A stretch of DNA of 64,000 nt from a virus (IMGVR_UViG_3300033553_000816); one strand, 5' to 3'; positions 35,270 to 44,010 are shown, counted from the first letter of the stretch. Numbers and translations are program-made. Notes: a model not told the origin generated them from the sequence alone.

Positions 35270-35752
35270 ATGGCAGAAATAGCTGACACCGCTTTCGTGG
35301 CTGAAACCGCTTCGCTCAGAGATGAAGCTGTAGTCAGAGGCACCGCACGTGTTGAAGATAAAGCAATAATAATTAATGGCTCCGTTATTTGCGAGCAAGC
35401 GGTTATAAGTGGGAGCGCTACAGTCAGCTGGTCTGACATTATGGGGCAAGCTAAAGTTAGTGGGGACGCTAAAGTTTCGAGCTCTATCTTGAATGGGGCT
35501 TGTGAGATTTACGGGAACGCCAAATTAGATGGTCTTCATATTCGTGGCACGTCAAGTGTTTTTGGCGAAGCTAATTTACATAATTATACCCGCGCAAGAG
35601 TTGTTTTAGACGATAACTGTAAATTCGGTGGGACAGCTAATTTTGATGATCTAGAAACGTATGAGGATTTTGCTAAAAAATATGGTGAAAATAAAGTTGA
35701 AAGAGTGAGACAGTATGGTGTAATTTTAACTGACATTTGGGATATGGGATAA
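35270..35752 (+). CDS. Family A beta-helix-repeat protein (close paralog of 18981..19439)
   Basis: MAEIADTAFVAETASLRDEAVV...SWSDIMGQAKVSG...NCKFGGTANFDDLETYEDFAKKYGENKVERVRQYGVILTDIWDMG. Confidence 0.8.
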   Translation: MAEIADTAFVAETASLRDEAVVRGTARVEDKAIIINGSVICEQAVISGSATVSWSDIMGQAKVSGDAKVSSSILNGACEIYGNAKLDGLHIRGTSSVFGEANLHNYTRARVVLDDNCKFGGTANFDDLETYEDFAKKYGENKVERVRQYGVILTDIWDMG

Positions 35753-35762
35753 GGAGATAATT

Positions 35763-36128
35763 ATGGGCAAAATAGCTGACACGGCTAACTTCATTGGCTC
35801 TAAAATAGTTGGAGATAAAGTTAGTATTATGGATAACGCTGAAGTTTATTATTCTAAAATCTCTGAGAACGCTCAGATCTACGAGAGCGCTTACCTTTAT
35901 GAAGTTGATGTGAGAGGTGACGCACATGTTTTCGGTAAGGCTATGCTTGAAAACAATTTGATAACATCCCATAATGTTGTTATATCCGATGGATGTAAAA
36001 TCGGGGGTTTCGCAACTTTCACTAGTTTAGGCACCCCAGAAGATTTTGTTGCTAAATACGGTGAAGATAAAGTTGAGATTAGAGAGAAAGACATGGTTTT
36101 AACTAACGTGTGGGATATGGGTATTTAA
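35763..36128 (+). CDS. Family A beta-helix-repeat protein (shortest, 121 aa)
   Basis: MGKIADTANF...GCKIGGFATFTSLGTPEDFVAKYG...LTNVWDMGI. Confidence 0.8.
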   Translation: MGKIADTANFIGSKIVGDKVSIMDNAEVYYSKISENAQIYESAYLYEVDVRGDAHVFGKAMLENNLITSHNVVISDGCKIGGFATFTSLGTPEDFVAKYGEDKVEIREKDMVLTNVWDMGI

Positions 36129-36188
36129 CGGTTGTTTTCATTGACCGTGTTTCGTGATATAATTCTAATAATAAGATAAGGAACTCCC

Positions 36189-36371
36189 ATGAGAACATAT
36201 TTATGGTTAAGACAAGACGGCCATGATGAGCTTGCTACTGATACGGAAGCAACAGAACGTAAACTAGTTGGCCGGGGTTACGGTAAAGTCCGTGCGGTTT
36301 GGCCTCCGGCTTACCGGACACAGCGCCAAATAGTCAACTGGTGGCAGGATAACCGACCGGCTCTACGGTGA
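36189..36371 (+). CDS. Small hypothetical protein
   Basis: 60-aa ORF with an RBS-like AAGGAA upstream. Support is weak. Confidence 0.25.
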   Translation: MRTYLWLRQDGHDELATDTEATERKLVGRGYGKVRAVWPPAYRTQRQIVNWWQDNRPALR

Positions 36372-36442
36372 AGCACGAGTTTATGGGCTAGTGACGTTAG
36401 AGTATGGCTTAGTGGTGTTCTATAAAGTAAAGGATAACATAA

Positions 36443-37069
36443 ATGGATATCGAAATTATCACCGCTAAACCAGAGCAGCTCCCTGAAATACTCGAATTAG
36501 AGACGAAGTGCTTCCCAGTCGGAGACCCAATACGCATGCCAGCGGAACTTGGTGAACTCGCTGAGGATCTCGGAGCCGGAGAATTACTTATAGCGAGCCC
36601 ATCGCAGGCTAACAAATCAACTAAGATTCTTGGATGGTTGAATTTCCGGGGCCACCAACGACTACATCTTCCAGCTGAGCTACCTCAGATCTCATACATT
36701 TCTGCTATCGGCGTTACTTCAGAATCCCGCCGCCTTAGTGTCGCTCAACAACTTCTTCGTAACCTCCTGGCCCAGCATCCAGACGTAGCTCACTTTACAT
36801 CTGTACACCCTGAAAATACCGCAAGTATGAAACTCTTCCTGGCTTGTGGTTTTAACATTTCGGCTTACGTTCCTGACCTGTTCGGTCCCAAGATCGGCAG
36901 GAACCTCCTTATAAACACGCCAACTGTTGGGCAATGGCAAGGGCATTCCCTGGTCTTGGTTGACGAAGATAGGGTAGATGTAAATTCGGAGGGTTATGTT
37001 CGTAATTACTCTCCTGCTCTGCCACATGGGAACTTACGGTTAGCGACTGTAAAACTAAATGGAGAGTAA
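36443..37069 (+). CDS. GNAT-family N-acetyltransferase
   Basis: Motif-A-like ISAIGVTSESRRLSVAQQLLRNLL and motif-B-like ENTASMKLFLACGF. 208 aa. Confidence 0.55.
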   Translation: MDIEIITAKPEQLPEILELETKCFPVGDPIRMPAELGELAEDLGAGELLIASPSQANKSTKILGWLNFRGHQRLHLPAELPQISYISAIGVTSESRRLSVAQQLLRNLLAQHPDVAHFTSVHPENTASMKLFLACGFNISAYVPDLFGPKIGRNLLINTPTVGQWQGHSLVLVDEDRVDVNSEGYVRNYSPALPHGNLRLATVKLNGE

Positions 37070-37172
37070 TAGTAGAATAACTTGCCTACTCTACGCTAAA
37101 TAGAGTTGAATATTTTTGACTTCTGTTCAATTGCGTGCTAAAATAACTATCATACGTAGGAAGGCTTAGGAT

Positions 37173-37499
37173 ATGGTTTTTATCAGCAGTTTAGTTGTCG
37201 CAGCATCTATCGTTGGTTTTTGTGTCCACAAAGAGAGCAGATATTCGCATAGGGACTGGTATTTCCTTGCTACAATGGTTTCAATCGTAGAGGGCATTCT
37301 CATTCTCGTTCTTTTCGCCAGTACCAGTGACGGCGCTGATGAGGACTACACTACTGTCGTTAATGGCGATAAGTTTTATTGTGAGCGTGGGGTTTATACA
37401 TTCGATGCTTCTTATGTCTGGCCCGGATGGGTTGTAGAGCATCACTCTGATGATGATGCGGAAGCGGTATGCTATTTTGTTCGCACTATCGAGGATTAA
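37173..37499 (+). CDS. Small membrane protein (2 TM)
   Basis: 108 aa. Hydrophobic segments VFISSLVVAASIVGF and FLATMVSIVEGILILVLFA. Confidence 0.4.
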   Translation: MVFISSLVVAASIVGFCVHKESRYSHRDWYFLATMVSIVEGILILVLFASTSDGADEDYTTVVNGDKFYCERGVYTFDASYVWPGWVVEHHSDDDAEAVCYFVRTIED

Positions 37500-37551
37500 C
37501 GAGCAGTAGTTAATTTATAGATATTAGAGGACACAAAACAAGTAATAGGGA

Positions 37552-38133
37552 TTGGGCGAAGTTATGGGACATGTGGCTGAAACCGCTAGGTGCGATTCTC
37601 ATAGTTTCATTTCCGGTGAAGCTCGTTTAGAAGATGATGGGTTAGCTGTTGAAAGCACTATTGCCGACTTCTCAGTAGTTAAAGGCTCAGCGGTTATCTC
37701 ATCTTCACGCATACAGGAGAACGCGCTTGTTTACGGCAACAGTAAGGTCATATACTCCGGCGTTGCTGGGCATGGGCAGGTTTACGGTAAAGCTAGGGTG
37801 AGAGAAGGCAGTACTGTTGATAAAGACGGTCGGGTTCATGGGAACGCCAGGCTATCCAACTCACATATCACAGATCAGGCTGAAGTTTATGGTAACGCTG
37901 ACCTCAGGAATGTAGTGGTAAAAGGAACTTCCCATGTTTTTGGAGATGCTGCTATCAATCTAGGTCACGCAAAGCTCATAGTTTTAGAAGGTAATTGTAA
38001 GCTCGGAGGTAAAGTTAAATTCACTGAGAAAAATACGCTAGCTGACTTCGTTAAAAAGTACGGGGAGAATAATGTCAGGCTACAGGGGGAAGCTATTATT
38101 CTTACTGATGTGTGGGACTTAGGTGGCGCTTAA
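37552..38133 (+). CDS. Family A beta-helix-repeat protein (terminus LTDVWDLGGA)
   Basis: NCKLGGKVKFTEKNTLADFVKKYG.... The likely start is internal MGHVAETARC at about 37564. Confidence 0.75.
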   Translation: MGEVMGHVAETARCDSHSFISGEARLEDDGLAVESTIADFSVVKGSAVISSSRIQENALVYGNSKVIYSGVAGHGQVYGKARVREGSTVDKDGRVHGNARLSNSHITDQAEVYGNADLRNVVVKGTSHVFGDAAINLGHAKLIVLEGNCKLGGKVKFTEKNTLADFVKKYGENNVRLQGEAIILTDVWDLGGA

Positions 38134-38187
38134 AACCCCACAGGAGCCTCTGTGCGCCCGCTAGAGACGTTTAATAAGGAGAACGTA

Positions 38188-38421
38188 ATGAGCACACGCA
38201 AACCTAAAGATCTTGCCGCTATCAAGCGCGCAGAAGAATATGCTGATTTGCCTCACTTCCCTGGGGATTTTCGTTACCTACCGGGAGCTAGGGTTTATCG
38301 GATAGGATGTTGGGCTGAAGGTTGTGATTATTGGACAGACGGAACTAAAACAGCTGTAGCTAAAGCAGTTGTTAACCACTGTAACTCAGAGAATGCTAAA
38401 GAAGCAGCTAAAAGCAACTGA
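38188..38421 (+). CDS. Hypothetical protein
   Basis: AAGGAGAA RBS then ATG at 38188 (MSTRKPKDLAAIKRAEEY...). Confidence 0.4.
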   Translation: MSTRKPKDLAAIKRAEEYADLPHFPGDFRYLPGARVYRIGCWAEGCDYWTDGTKTAVAKAVVNHCNSENAKEAAKSN

Positions 38422-38472
38422 AACCGATAGTACAGTTATTATAAACCGTATAAAACAAAAGGATATAATATA

Positions 38473-38667
38473 ATGAGTCATCTTGACAAGAAGTACGTTC
38501 CAGTTATTGTTGTTTACCCATGGCATGAACGTGTACGCGGAGTAGCGCCCCTATATCACGCTACCTGTGAGGATCACCCTAATTTCACTCCGTGTGATAA
38601 GGGCACAAGTATTCTTGAGATAGTTGAGAACCATCTAATAGAAGATCACCCTGAAACTAAATTTTAG
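38473..38667 (+). CDS. Small hypothetical protein
   Basis: 64-aa ORF preceded by AAGGATA. Confidence 0.35.
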   Translation: MSHLDKKYVPVIVVYPWHERVRGVAPLYHATCEDHPNFTPCDKGTSILEIVENHLIEDHPETKF

Positions 38668-38748
38668 TAACTGATTACTGTTGCTTTGCGTGCCATAATA
38701 TGGTACTGTACCAATAACAGTTTATTGAATTAAGGACGGACAGAGAAT

Positions 38749-39177
38749 ATGGCACCTTCACCCTACCAAATGAAGTTGAAGAGTATGCTTACGGATGAGC
38801 GTATTTTCACTGGTCCGCTGAGGAAAGCCCTTGAGGATAATATTAAATTCAGTTATAAGAGCACATCACATATTCTGAGAGCTGAAGTTAGTATCACACA
38901 AGCAGCTAAGATCATTGTTTCAGCTGATTATGAGATGAGTGCCTCGGATAAGCTAACTATGTGGAGTTTACTTGGCTCATACTCCACCAACTACGACCTA
39001 GCTTATTTAGGCGAAGTGCTTGAGATTAACCTAAGCTATGTTGTCTTGACGCTCAGGAGAATTATTGCGGGGCTTAATGACAACGAATACGACGATAATG
39101 ACCTTAAGCTCGCCGCTGCCGCTCTAATTGAAGCTGGTAAGGAAATTAAAGCCTTCTCAGATTCCTTAACCCACTAA
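38749..39177 (+). CDS. Hypothetical protein
   Basis: 142-aa ORF preceded by AAGGACGGA. Confidence 0.45.
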   Translation: MAPSPYQMKLKSMLTDERIFTGPLRKALEDNIKFSYKSTSHILRAEVSITQAAKIIVSADYEMSASDKLTMWSLLGSYSTNYDLAYLGEVLEINLSYVVLTLRRIIAGLNDNEYDDNDLKLAAAALIEAGKEIKAFSDSLTH

Positions 39178-39214
39178 CTTGACTTTAATGTCATCACCAT
39201 GATAGGATACGAAT

Positions 39215-39919
39215 ATGAAAGGTACTAGCCACGCGATAACAGGAGCAGCAGCTTGGGTTGCTGTGTCCGTTCCGCTTGATTTAACTCCGGCAGCACGCCC
39301 GTTCGAGATTGTACTCGGTTGTTTTGTTGCTGGTGGAGCGGCGCTCGCCGCTGACTGGGACCATGCTGGTACTACTATCTCTAAGTCCTTAGGGTTCATT
39401 TCGCTGTTTATATCTAAAGTAATTAACGTTGTTTCAGGCGGACACCGAAAAGGTACTCACTCTATTCTTGGGACGTTAGCTTTCGCCCTTCTCATGTGGG
39501 GCTCAACTCAGCTTGTAACTAACGGCATGGTTATCGCTCCCGCTATAGTCGCTTTCTTCTTAGCTTCCTTGTTCTTCTCCATTACATCTGAAACTTTCCT
39601 AGGGAGAATCTCTAAGTTCGCCATTCTAGGTTCAGTTGCTACAGCTGTAGCTGTTTTCGTAATGACAGCTAGTGACACACAAATTCCCCTTGACCCCCGC
39701 GAAGGGCTAAACTGGTTCCTCGCGTCAGCGGTGATAGGTTACATCGCTCATATCATCGGGGATTTCATTACAACCGCTGGTGTGCCGCTACTCTACCCGT
39801 TCACTAACTTCCATTTCAAATTCCCAATCCTAGGTAACGCAGGTAGTTTCCGTGAGAAGCTCTTCGTTCCCGGTGTGACACTCGCTGTAGCTATCTGGAC
39901 TGTGATGTCTTTCCTTTAG
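39215..39919 (+). CDS. Membrane-bound metal-dependent hydrolase-like protein (DUF457/YdjM-like)
   Basis: MKGTSHAITGAAAW...DWDHAG...GGHRKGTHSILG... plus 5-6 hydrophobic helices, a pattern typical of DUF457. Confidence 0.5.
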   Translation: MKGTSHAITGAAAWVAVSVPLDLTPAARPFEIVLGCFVAGGAALAADWDHAGTTISKSLGFISLFISKVINVVSGGHRKGTHSILGTLAFALLMWGSTQLVTNGMVIAPAIVAFFLASLFFSITSETFLGRISKFAILGSVATAVAVFVMTASDTQIPLDPREGLNWFLASAVIGYIAHIIGDFITTAGVPLLYPFTNFHFKFPILGNAGSFREKLFVPGVTLAVAIWTVMSFL

Positions 39920-40458
39920 AAAAGGACATTCAGTTTAAGCCTGTAATACTTAACGAGTTTGAAAAGAACATCAACATCAATAGTTGAGTTCCCTTCCTCT
40001 ATTTCTTTAATCCGTATAGGCCTTATTTTTAAGCTAGAAGCAACTTGTTTCTGAGTTTGATTACGCTGCTCACGGACCCTCAAAAGAACTGTACCTAAAG
40101 TCTTAGCGTCACCTATGAGACGCGCTGATTCTGTGCCCGTGGCCCGGTTATGGCCTATGTGAAGGTAATGGCAGTGCGAGCATCGGTAAACGTTAGTGGC
40201 TGGTTCATCAAGAATTCGTTTAGGTATTTCATTCTCAGCTCTAAACTTCTTCTTCCATTCCCATTTGTTATCACGCTCAGTTTTACATTGCCTGGGAGCG
40301 TCATCCACTTTAGCGTAAGGCTGAGCGAAATTACCGCACCTGTAGGAGCAGAACATCCCCTCTAAAACAACTTCGTTCAGTTTTTTGTTACATTTCCTAC
40401 ATCTTTGACGCTCGGGGTATGTTTTCTCTGCCATGTTTTCAATATCGGCGGTTACCAT
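39916..40458 (-). CDS. Putative transcriptional regulator: N-terminal Cys-rich Zn-ribbon region + C-terminal HTH_XRE
   Basis: CRKCNKK...CSYRCG...CKTERD...CSHCHY, then LIGDAKTLGTVLLRVREQRNQTQKQVASSLKIRPIRIKEIEEG (helix-turn-helix). Confidence 0.5.
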   Translation of the reverse strand: MVTADIENMAEKTYPERQRCRKCNKKLNEVVLEGMFCSYRCGNFAQPYAKVDDAPRQCKTERDNKWEWKKKFRAENEIPKRILDEPATNVYRCSHCHYLHIGHNRATGTESARLIGDAKTLGTVLLRVREQRNQTQKQVASSLKIRPIRIKEIEEGNSTIDVDVLFKLVKYYRLKLNVLF

Positions 40459-40534
40459 AACTGATCCCCGTTAGACATTTCAACGTAATGCTGATATAAT
40501 AAAACCATCAACTGCGAAGGGTAGGCTTAGGGTT

Positions 40535-41008
40535 ATGTCAACTTTTGTAGCGTCGAGCGCTAAAGCAGATAGTAAAACCAAGCTAGTTGGTAACGCCAGT
40601 ATAGAAGAACACGCTGAAGTTTCGAATGCCATACTTTCCGGTGACGCTCGGGTTCATGGTTCAGCTACAGTGGAGAACGCCATCTTGCGGAATGATGTAC
40701 AAGTATATGATAAAGCAGAAGTGAAAGGGATACTCTTCCCCGATGAGGTGGCTGGGTTTATTATCATGTCAGACAACTGTCATATCTTCGGTAACGCTAA
40801 ACTGGTAAACAACATTGAAGGTCGTTTCGCTCTTATTCTAAAAGGGGAGTGTAAGTTCGGTGGTAACGCAACAACAGATGAGCTTGTCGATCCGCTTGAT
40901 TTCATAGAGAAATACGGTTCAAAGAAAGCTAAAATCCGTTATGACCGCGAGGATAGTATTATTTTAGGTTCAACCGTGACATTAACCGATGTGTGGGATA
41001 TGGGATAA
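40535..41008 (+). CDS. Family A beta-helix-repeat protein (DNCHIFGNAKL subtype, like A1-A3)
   Basis: MSTFVASSAKAD...SDNCHIFGNAKLVNN...ECKFGGNATTDELVDPLDFIEKYG...LTDVWDMG. Confidence 0.8.
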   Translation: MSTFVASSAKADSKTKLVGNASIEEHAEVSNAILSGDARVHGSATVENAILRNDVQVYDKAEVKGILFPDEVAGFIIMSDNCHIFGNAKLVNNIEGRFALILKGECKFGGNATTDELVDPLDFIEKYGSKKAKIRYDREDSIILGSTVTLTDVWDMG

Positions 41009-41111
41009 GATGTTTCTATTGTTGTATTTCTCTCGGTAATATGCTAAACTTAAAGCAACGTAAGAGGAGTAAGGCTATGTTTACCTCTCGGTTAGTAGAA
41101 AAGAGAAAAAT

Positions 41112-41396
41112 ATGAATCTCCGTATTGAGCTGGAAGCGTGGGTTGTTAAGCACGAAGCTAAAAACGGCCAACCTGATTGCGTCCAGGCGCGTGACATCCG
41201 CGCTATCCTCATTAACTCACAGGCACAGGTTGTGCCAGCCGAGCCTTCAGAGTTTAGATTCACTGATGAGGAGTGGCGTAAATATCAAGAAATGCCAGAC
41301 CAGGGTTATTCACATCGGCACCACCTCGAACACGTAGTCAACCGATGGCTTAAGACTCAGGCACAAGCCAGCCACCCATCAGAAGGAGTAAAATAA
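41112..41396 (+). CDS. Hypothetical protein
   Basis: 94-aa ORF. Confidence 0.4.
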   Translation: MNLRIELEAWVVKHEAKNGQPDCVQARDIRAILINSQAQVVPAEPSEFRFTDEEWRKYQEMPDQGYSHRHHLEHVVNRWLKTQAQASHPSEGVK

Positions 41397-41572
41397 TGGC
41401 TATTTCAGAAGAAGAAGTAGACGCAGCTATGAGGAAGCATGTAGATTCAATGCGCTCTGACGGGCAGTCCGCTCCGTCAGCAATAGCGGTTGATATGCTT
41501 CGAGGTTCGTCATTCGCGCTTGGTGCTTATTGGGCTCTCAACGCTGAGCGCCAAGCAAGGGAAGCCGAATAG
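41396..41572 (+). CDS. Small hypothetical protein (58 aa; not in track)
   Basis: ATG overlaps the upstream TAA (TAATG). MAISEEEVDAAMRKHVDSMRSDGQSAPSAIAVDMLRGSSFALGAYWALNAERQAREAE. Confidence 0.25.
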   Translation: MAISEEEVDAAMRKHVDSMRSDGQSAPSAIAVDMLRGSSFALGAYWALNAERQAREAE

Positions 41573-41634
41573 CTAGTAGTACCAACTGTTGGTTTAACTG
41601 TGATGTGTGGGGTGTAGGTTAACGTTGTTTTTAT

Positions 41635-41877
41635 TTAAGCTACTGTCACGTTCTTAACTACAACGAACTTACCTGATGCTATTTTAACAATCCATTCGTT
41701 ATTAGACGCTATAACTTGTTTACCGTTGGCATCTATGAAACGAAGGAAAAGTGGTAAACCATAATCGGTTCCAACATAAGCGTCACACCATTCAGATATC
41801 TCATAATAATCATTATCTGAGAGCCTGACAGCATCTAACGTTTCGTTCACGAGTTCAGCTTTGACTATTTTTAACAT
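41635..41877 (-). CDS. Hypothetical protein
   Basis: 80-aa ORF. Confidence 0.4.
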   Translation of the reverse strand: MLKIVKAELVNETLDAVRLSDNDYYEISEWCDAYVGTDYGLPLFLRFIDANGKQVIASNNEWIVKIASGKFVVVKNVTVA

Positions 41878-41956
41878 TCCTACTCTCCTTGAATTGTTTC
41901 TACATATCTAACAGAATTATTTTAAGATTAAGTGAAAACCATATTTGTGAGTCTTA

Positions 41957-42523
41957 TTAAGGCATGTCCATGGTTGAAGGAATTTCAAACAACCCGTCAA
42001 CACCATAAATCCTAGGTATCGCACAGATCTCATTCAAAGTTAAAGTTTTTGTTTTAGTGAAGAAACCTATGGGTCGGCTTTGTTTTTGAATTAACCGTGA
42101 ACTTACGAATTGTAAAGAGTCCGGGGCTGAGTTGCTGTTAAGAACAGTGATTTGGCTCCATTTCTTTTTTTTGAAATCTTCACCTTCGAGCTCACCAACA
42201 AGTACGCTGTCATGGTTAAGGTAATTCTCAGCTGCGTAAAGGCTTTGTTTTCTAGCTTCGAACGGCTTATTCCTCAACCAAGCTTCAGGGATATTAGGGG
42301 ATGAGCATGTTTTAATCTCAAACATCACAACTTCGTTAGAGGTGATGAGAAGACTGTCACACAGCTCATTCATATGTAAGTTCTCTTGAGGTGTGGCCCT
42401 CCAAGAAAACTGGGGGCTCTTAATAACCCTTACAGCACTATTGGAACTGAACATGTCCCTCAGCGTTGAGTATAGAAGATCTTCATCAACCCTGGAGAGC
42501 TTATCTGTTACGGTCTCGGACAT
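41957..42523 (-). CDS. Hypothetical protein
   Basis: 188-aa ORF with an ordinary composition. Confidence 0.45.
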   Translation of the reverse strand: MSETVTDKLSRVDEDLLYSTLRDMFSSNSAVRVIKSPQFSWRATPQENLHMNELCDSLLITSNEVVMFEIKTCSSPNIPEAWLRNKPFEARKQSLYAAENYLNHDSVLVGELEGEDFKKKKWSQITVLNSNSAPDSLQFVSSRLIQKQSRPIGFFTKTKTLTLNEICAIPRIYGVDGLFEIPSTMDMP

Positions 42524-42638
42524 ATTTCTCCTTTACCTATGATTAAATTATATCAGCTCCCCGCGAAGATGTCAAATCTGAAGTACGGAGATTAAGGCAC
42601 GTTAGAAAGAGATAGACAGTAAATACAAGGCGGAAAAT

Positions 42639-42812
42639 ATGGGTAAGAAAGAAGATCAGAAACCAGCTGAGCGTAAAGATAATGAAACGCATGCCCAGCT
42701 AGATTTTGAATCAATCAGAAAAGAACTCTTCTCAAAAGATTCTGAGGAACGCGAAAAAGCATACCGAGAGTATGATGCTAAACATTTGGGCTGGCCTTGG
42801 AACATAAAATAG
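42639..42812 (+). CDS. Small charged protein (57 aa; not in track), paralog of 42852..43004
   Basis: MGKKEDQKPAERKDNETHAQLDFESIRKELFSKDSEEREKAYREYDAKHLGWPWNIK. The competing minus-strand ORF 42656..42967 is Cys/Phe-rich junk. Confidence 0.3.
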   Translation: MGKKEDQKPAERKDNETHAQLDFESIRKELFSKDSEEREKAYREYDAKHLGWPWNIK

Positions 42813-42851
42813 AAACACAGATAACAGCACAACATATAAGGAGATACGACT

Positions 42852-43004
42852 ATGAACAAGCAGAAGCAAAAAGCTGTACGTGAAAGTGATGGCATCTCAT
42901 CAGATTTTCTTAAAGCCAGAGAAGAACTGTTCGCAAAAGATTTAGCTGCCCGCGCAGCAGAATACAAAGAATATAGTCAGCAACGCGCGCGGAAAAACAC
43001 ATAA
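42852..43004 (+). CDS. Small charged protein (50 aa; not in track), paralog of 42639..42812
   Basis: AAGGAG RBS. MNKQKQKAVRESDGISSDFLKAREELFAKDLAARAAEYKEYSQQRARKNT. Shares the DF..(I/A)R(K/E)ELF(S/A)KD...AY(R/K)EY core with its paralog. Confidence 0.3.
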   Translation: MNKQKQKAVRESDGISSDFLKAREELFAKDLAARAAEYKEYSQQRARKNT

Positions 43005-43018
43005 GGGGATGTGAAACA

Positions 43019-43342
43019 ATGCCTGTAAGAAAAATGATGGATAACAAAGGACGGGTCCGCTACAACCCGGTTAATGAGGAGGGGTTTGGTCTGTATGAAA
43101 TCTCTGACGGCTTCGGTAAAGGTAGCTACAGGCAAGCGTACGTGCGCGACGAACTAGCTAACCGACCTTTAACGGCAGAAGAAAAGATCATGGAAGTTAG
43201 CGTTGACCTGGTTTTGTATCGGAGTGAAGAAAGAGCGGAGAGGGCTTTCCAAGATAGGAAGCAATCACAACAGTCAGCAGCGGATAAAGCTGAAAGAGAT
43301 GCTCTTGAAGAAGACAGTAAGACCTTCCGAGAAGTCAAATAA
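43019..43342 (+). CDS. Hypothetical protein
   Basis: 107-aa ORF with an AAGGGGA RBS. Confidence 0.45.
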   Translation: MPVRKMMDNKGRVRYNPVNEEGFGLYEISDGFGKGSYRQAYVRDELANRPLTAEEKIMEVSVDLVLYRSEERAERAFQDRKQSQQSAADKAERDALEEDSKTFREVK

Positions 43343-43361
43343 CAACTTAGCTAACACAAAG

Positions 43362-43404
43362 AAAAACCCTCCTTCACTTAGGGGGTAAGTAGAGGAGGGT
43401 TTTT
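43362..43404. terminator. Bidirectional rho-independent terminator
   Basis: AAAAACCCTCCT-(17-nt loop)-AGGAGGGTTTTT: a 12-bp stem flanked by an A-run and a T-run, lying between convergent genes. Confidence 0.6.
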
Positions 43405-43420
43405 CTATAAAGATTAGATG

Positions 43421-43636
43421 TTACGTGAACATCTTGATGAGCTTACCAAGGGAGAAACCAACACTGGTCTTCCGGTAAACCTTGTTGTACACAGCGCGCT
43501 TAGGGTTCTTCACCCATCCGGCACCCTTATTACCGTAGAACGGAATAACAGAACTTTTGATTTGGCGCTTCAGGCGGCCAGTGGTGGCTGCCTTGAGGGA
43601 CTTCTGCGGGTTAATCTTACGGATACCGAACTTCAT
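43421..43636 (-). CDS. Small very basic protein (possible nucleic-acid binding)
   Basis: 71 aa, Lys/Arg-rich (MKFGIRKINPQKSLKAATTGRLKRQIKSS...). Confidence 0.4.
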   Translation of the reverse strand: MKFGIRKINPQKSLKAATTGRLKRQIKSSVIPFYGNKGAGWVKNPKRAVYNKVYRKTSVGFSLGKLIKMFT

Positions 43637-43752
43637 ATTTTTAACTCCTTAAATCAGCTTTTCTGCCGTTGCGTTGTTAACTACTCTAACTCAACGTTAG
43701 GGAAAAGTCAAATAAATTATCTAGCTGTCCGACCATCATCAAGGAGATCAAC

Positions 43753-44010
43753 ATGTCTAAAGATTTATGTTTCGTTATCAGAGGAAGAGAAACCAGAATT
43801 CCTTTCAAGGATCTTCGACACACAATTGTTGTAGGTGGACTGAACATGTCTTTACATCCCAGGGGACCTATGCTCACCGTGGAATGTGAAGAGTGCGGTT
43901 ATCTACGAAAAGCCAGGTTTCATGACAGCATAGCTAACTATGAAGGCAATCCTCTTTTCTGCTGCCAAGCTTGTGGTAAATATAACCTTATTGATCTTGT
44001 TATGAGTTGA
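43753..44010 (+). CDS. Small Cys-containing hypothetical protein (possible Zn-ribbon)
   Basis: CEECGYL...CCQACGKY. Confidence 0.4.
   Translation: MSKDLCFVIRGRETRIPFKDLRHTIVVGGLNMSLHPRGPMLTVECEECGYLRKARFHDSIANYEGNPLFCCQACGKYNLIDLVMS

Noticed and set aside
36409-37027. ORFs 36409..36615 (-) and 36719..37027 (-)
   Set aside because: Antisense to the GNAT acetyltransferase gene, which carries the recognisable motifs.
2517-41008. Diversity-generating retroelement (DGR) explanation for the variable family A N-termini
   Set aside because: No reverse-transcriptase ORF and no template-repeat / variable-repeat pair with adenine-specific differences is visible. The variation is in repeat number, not point substitutions.
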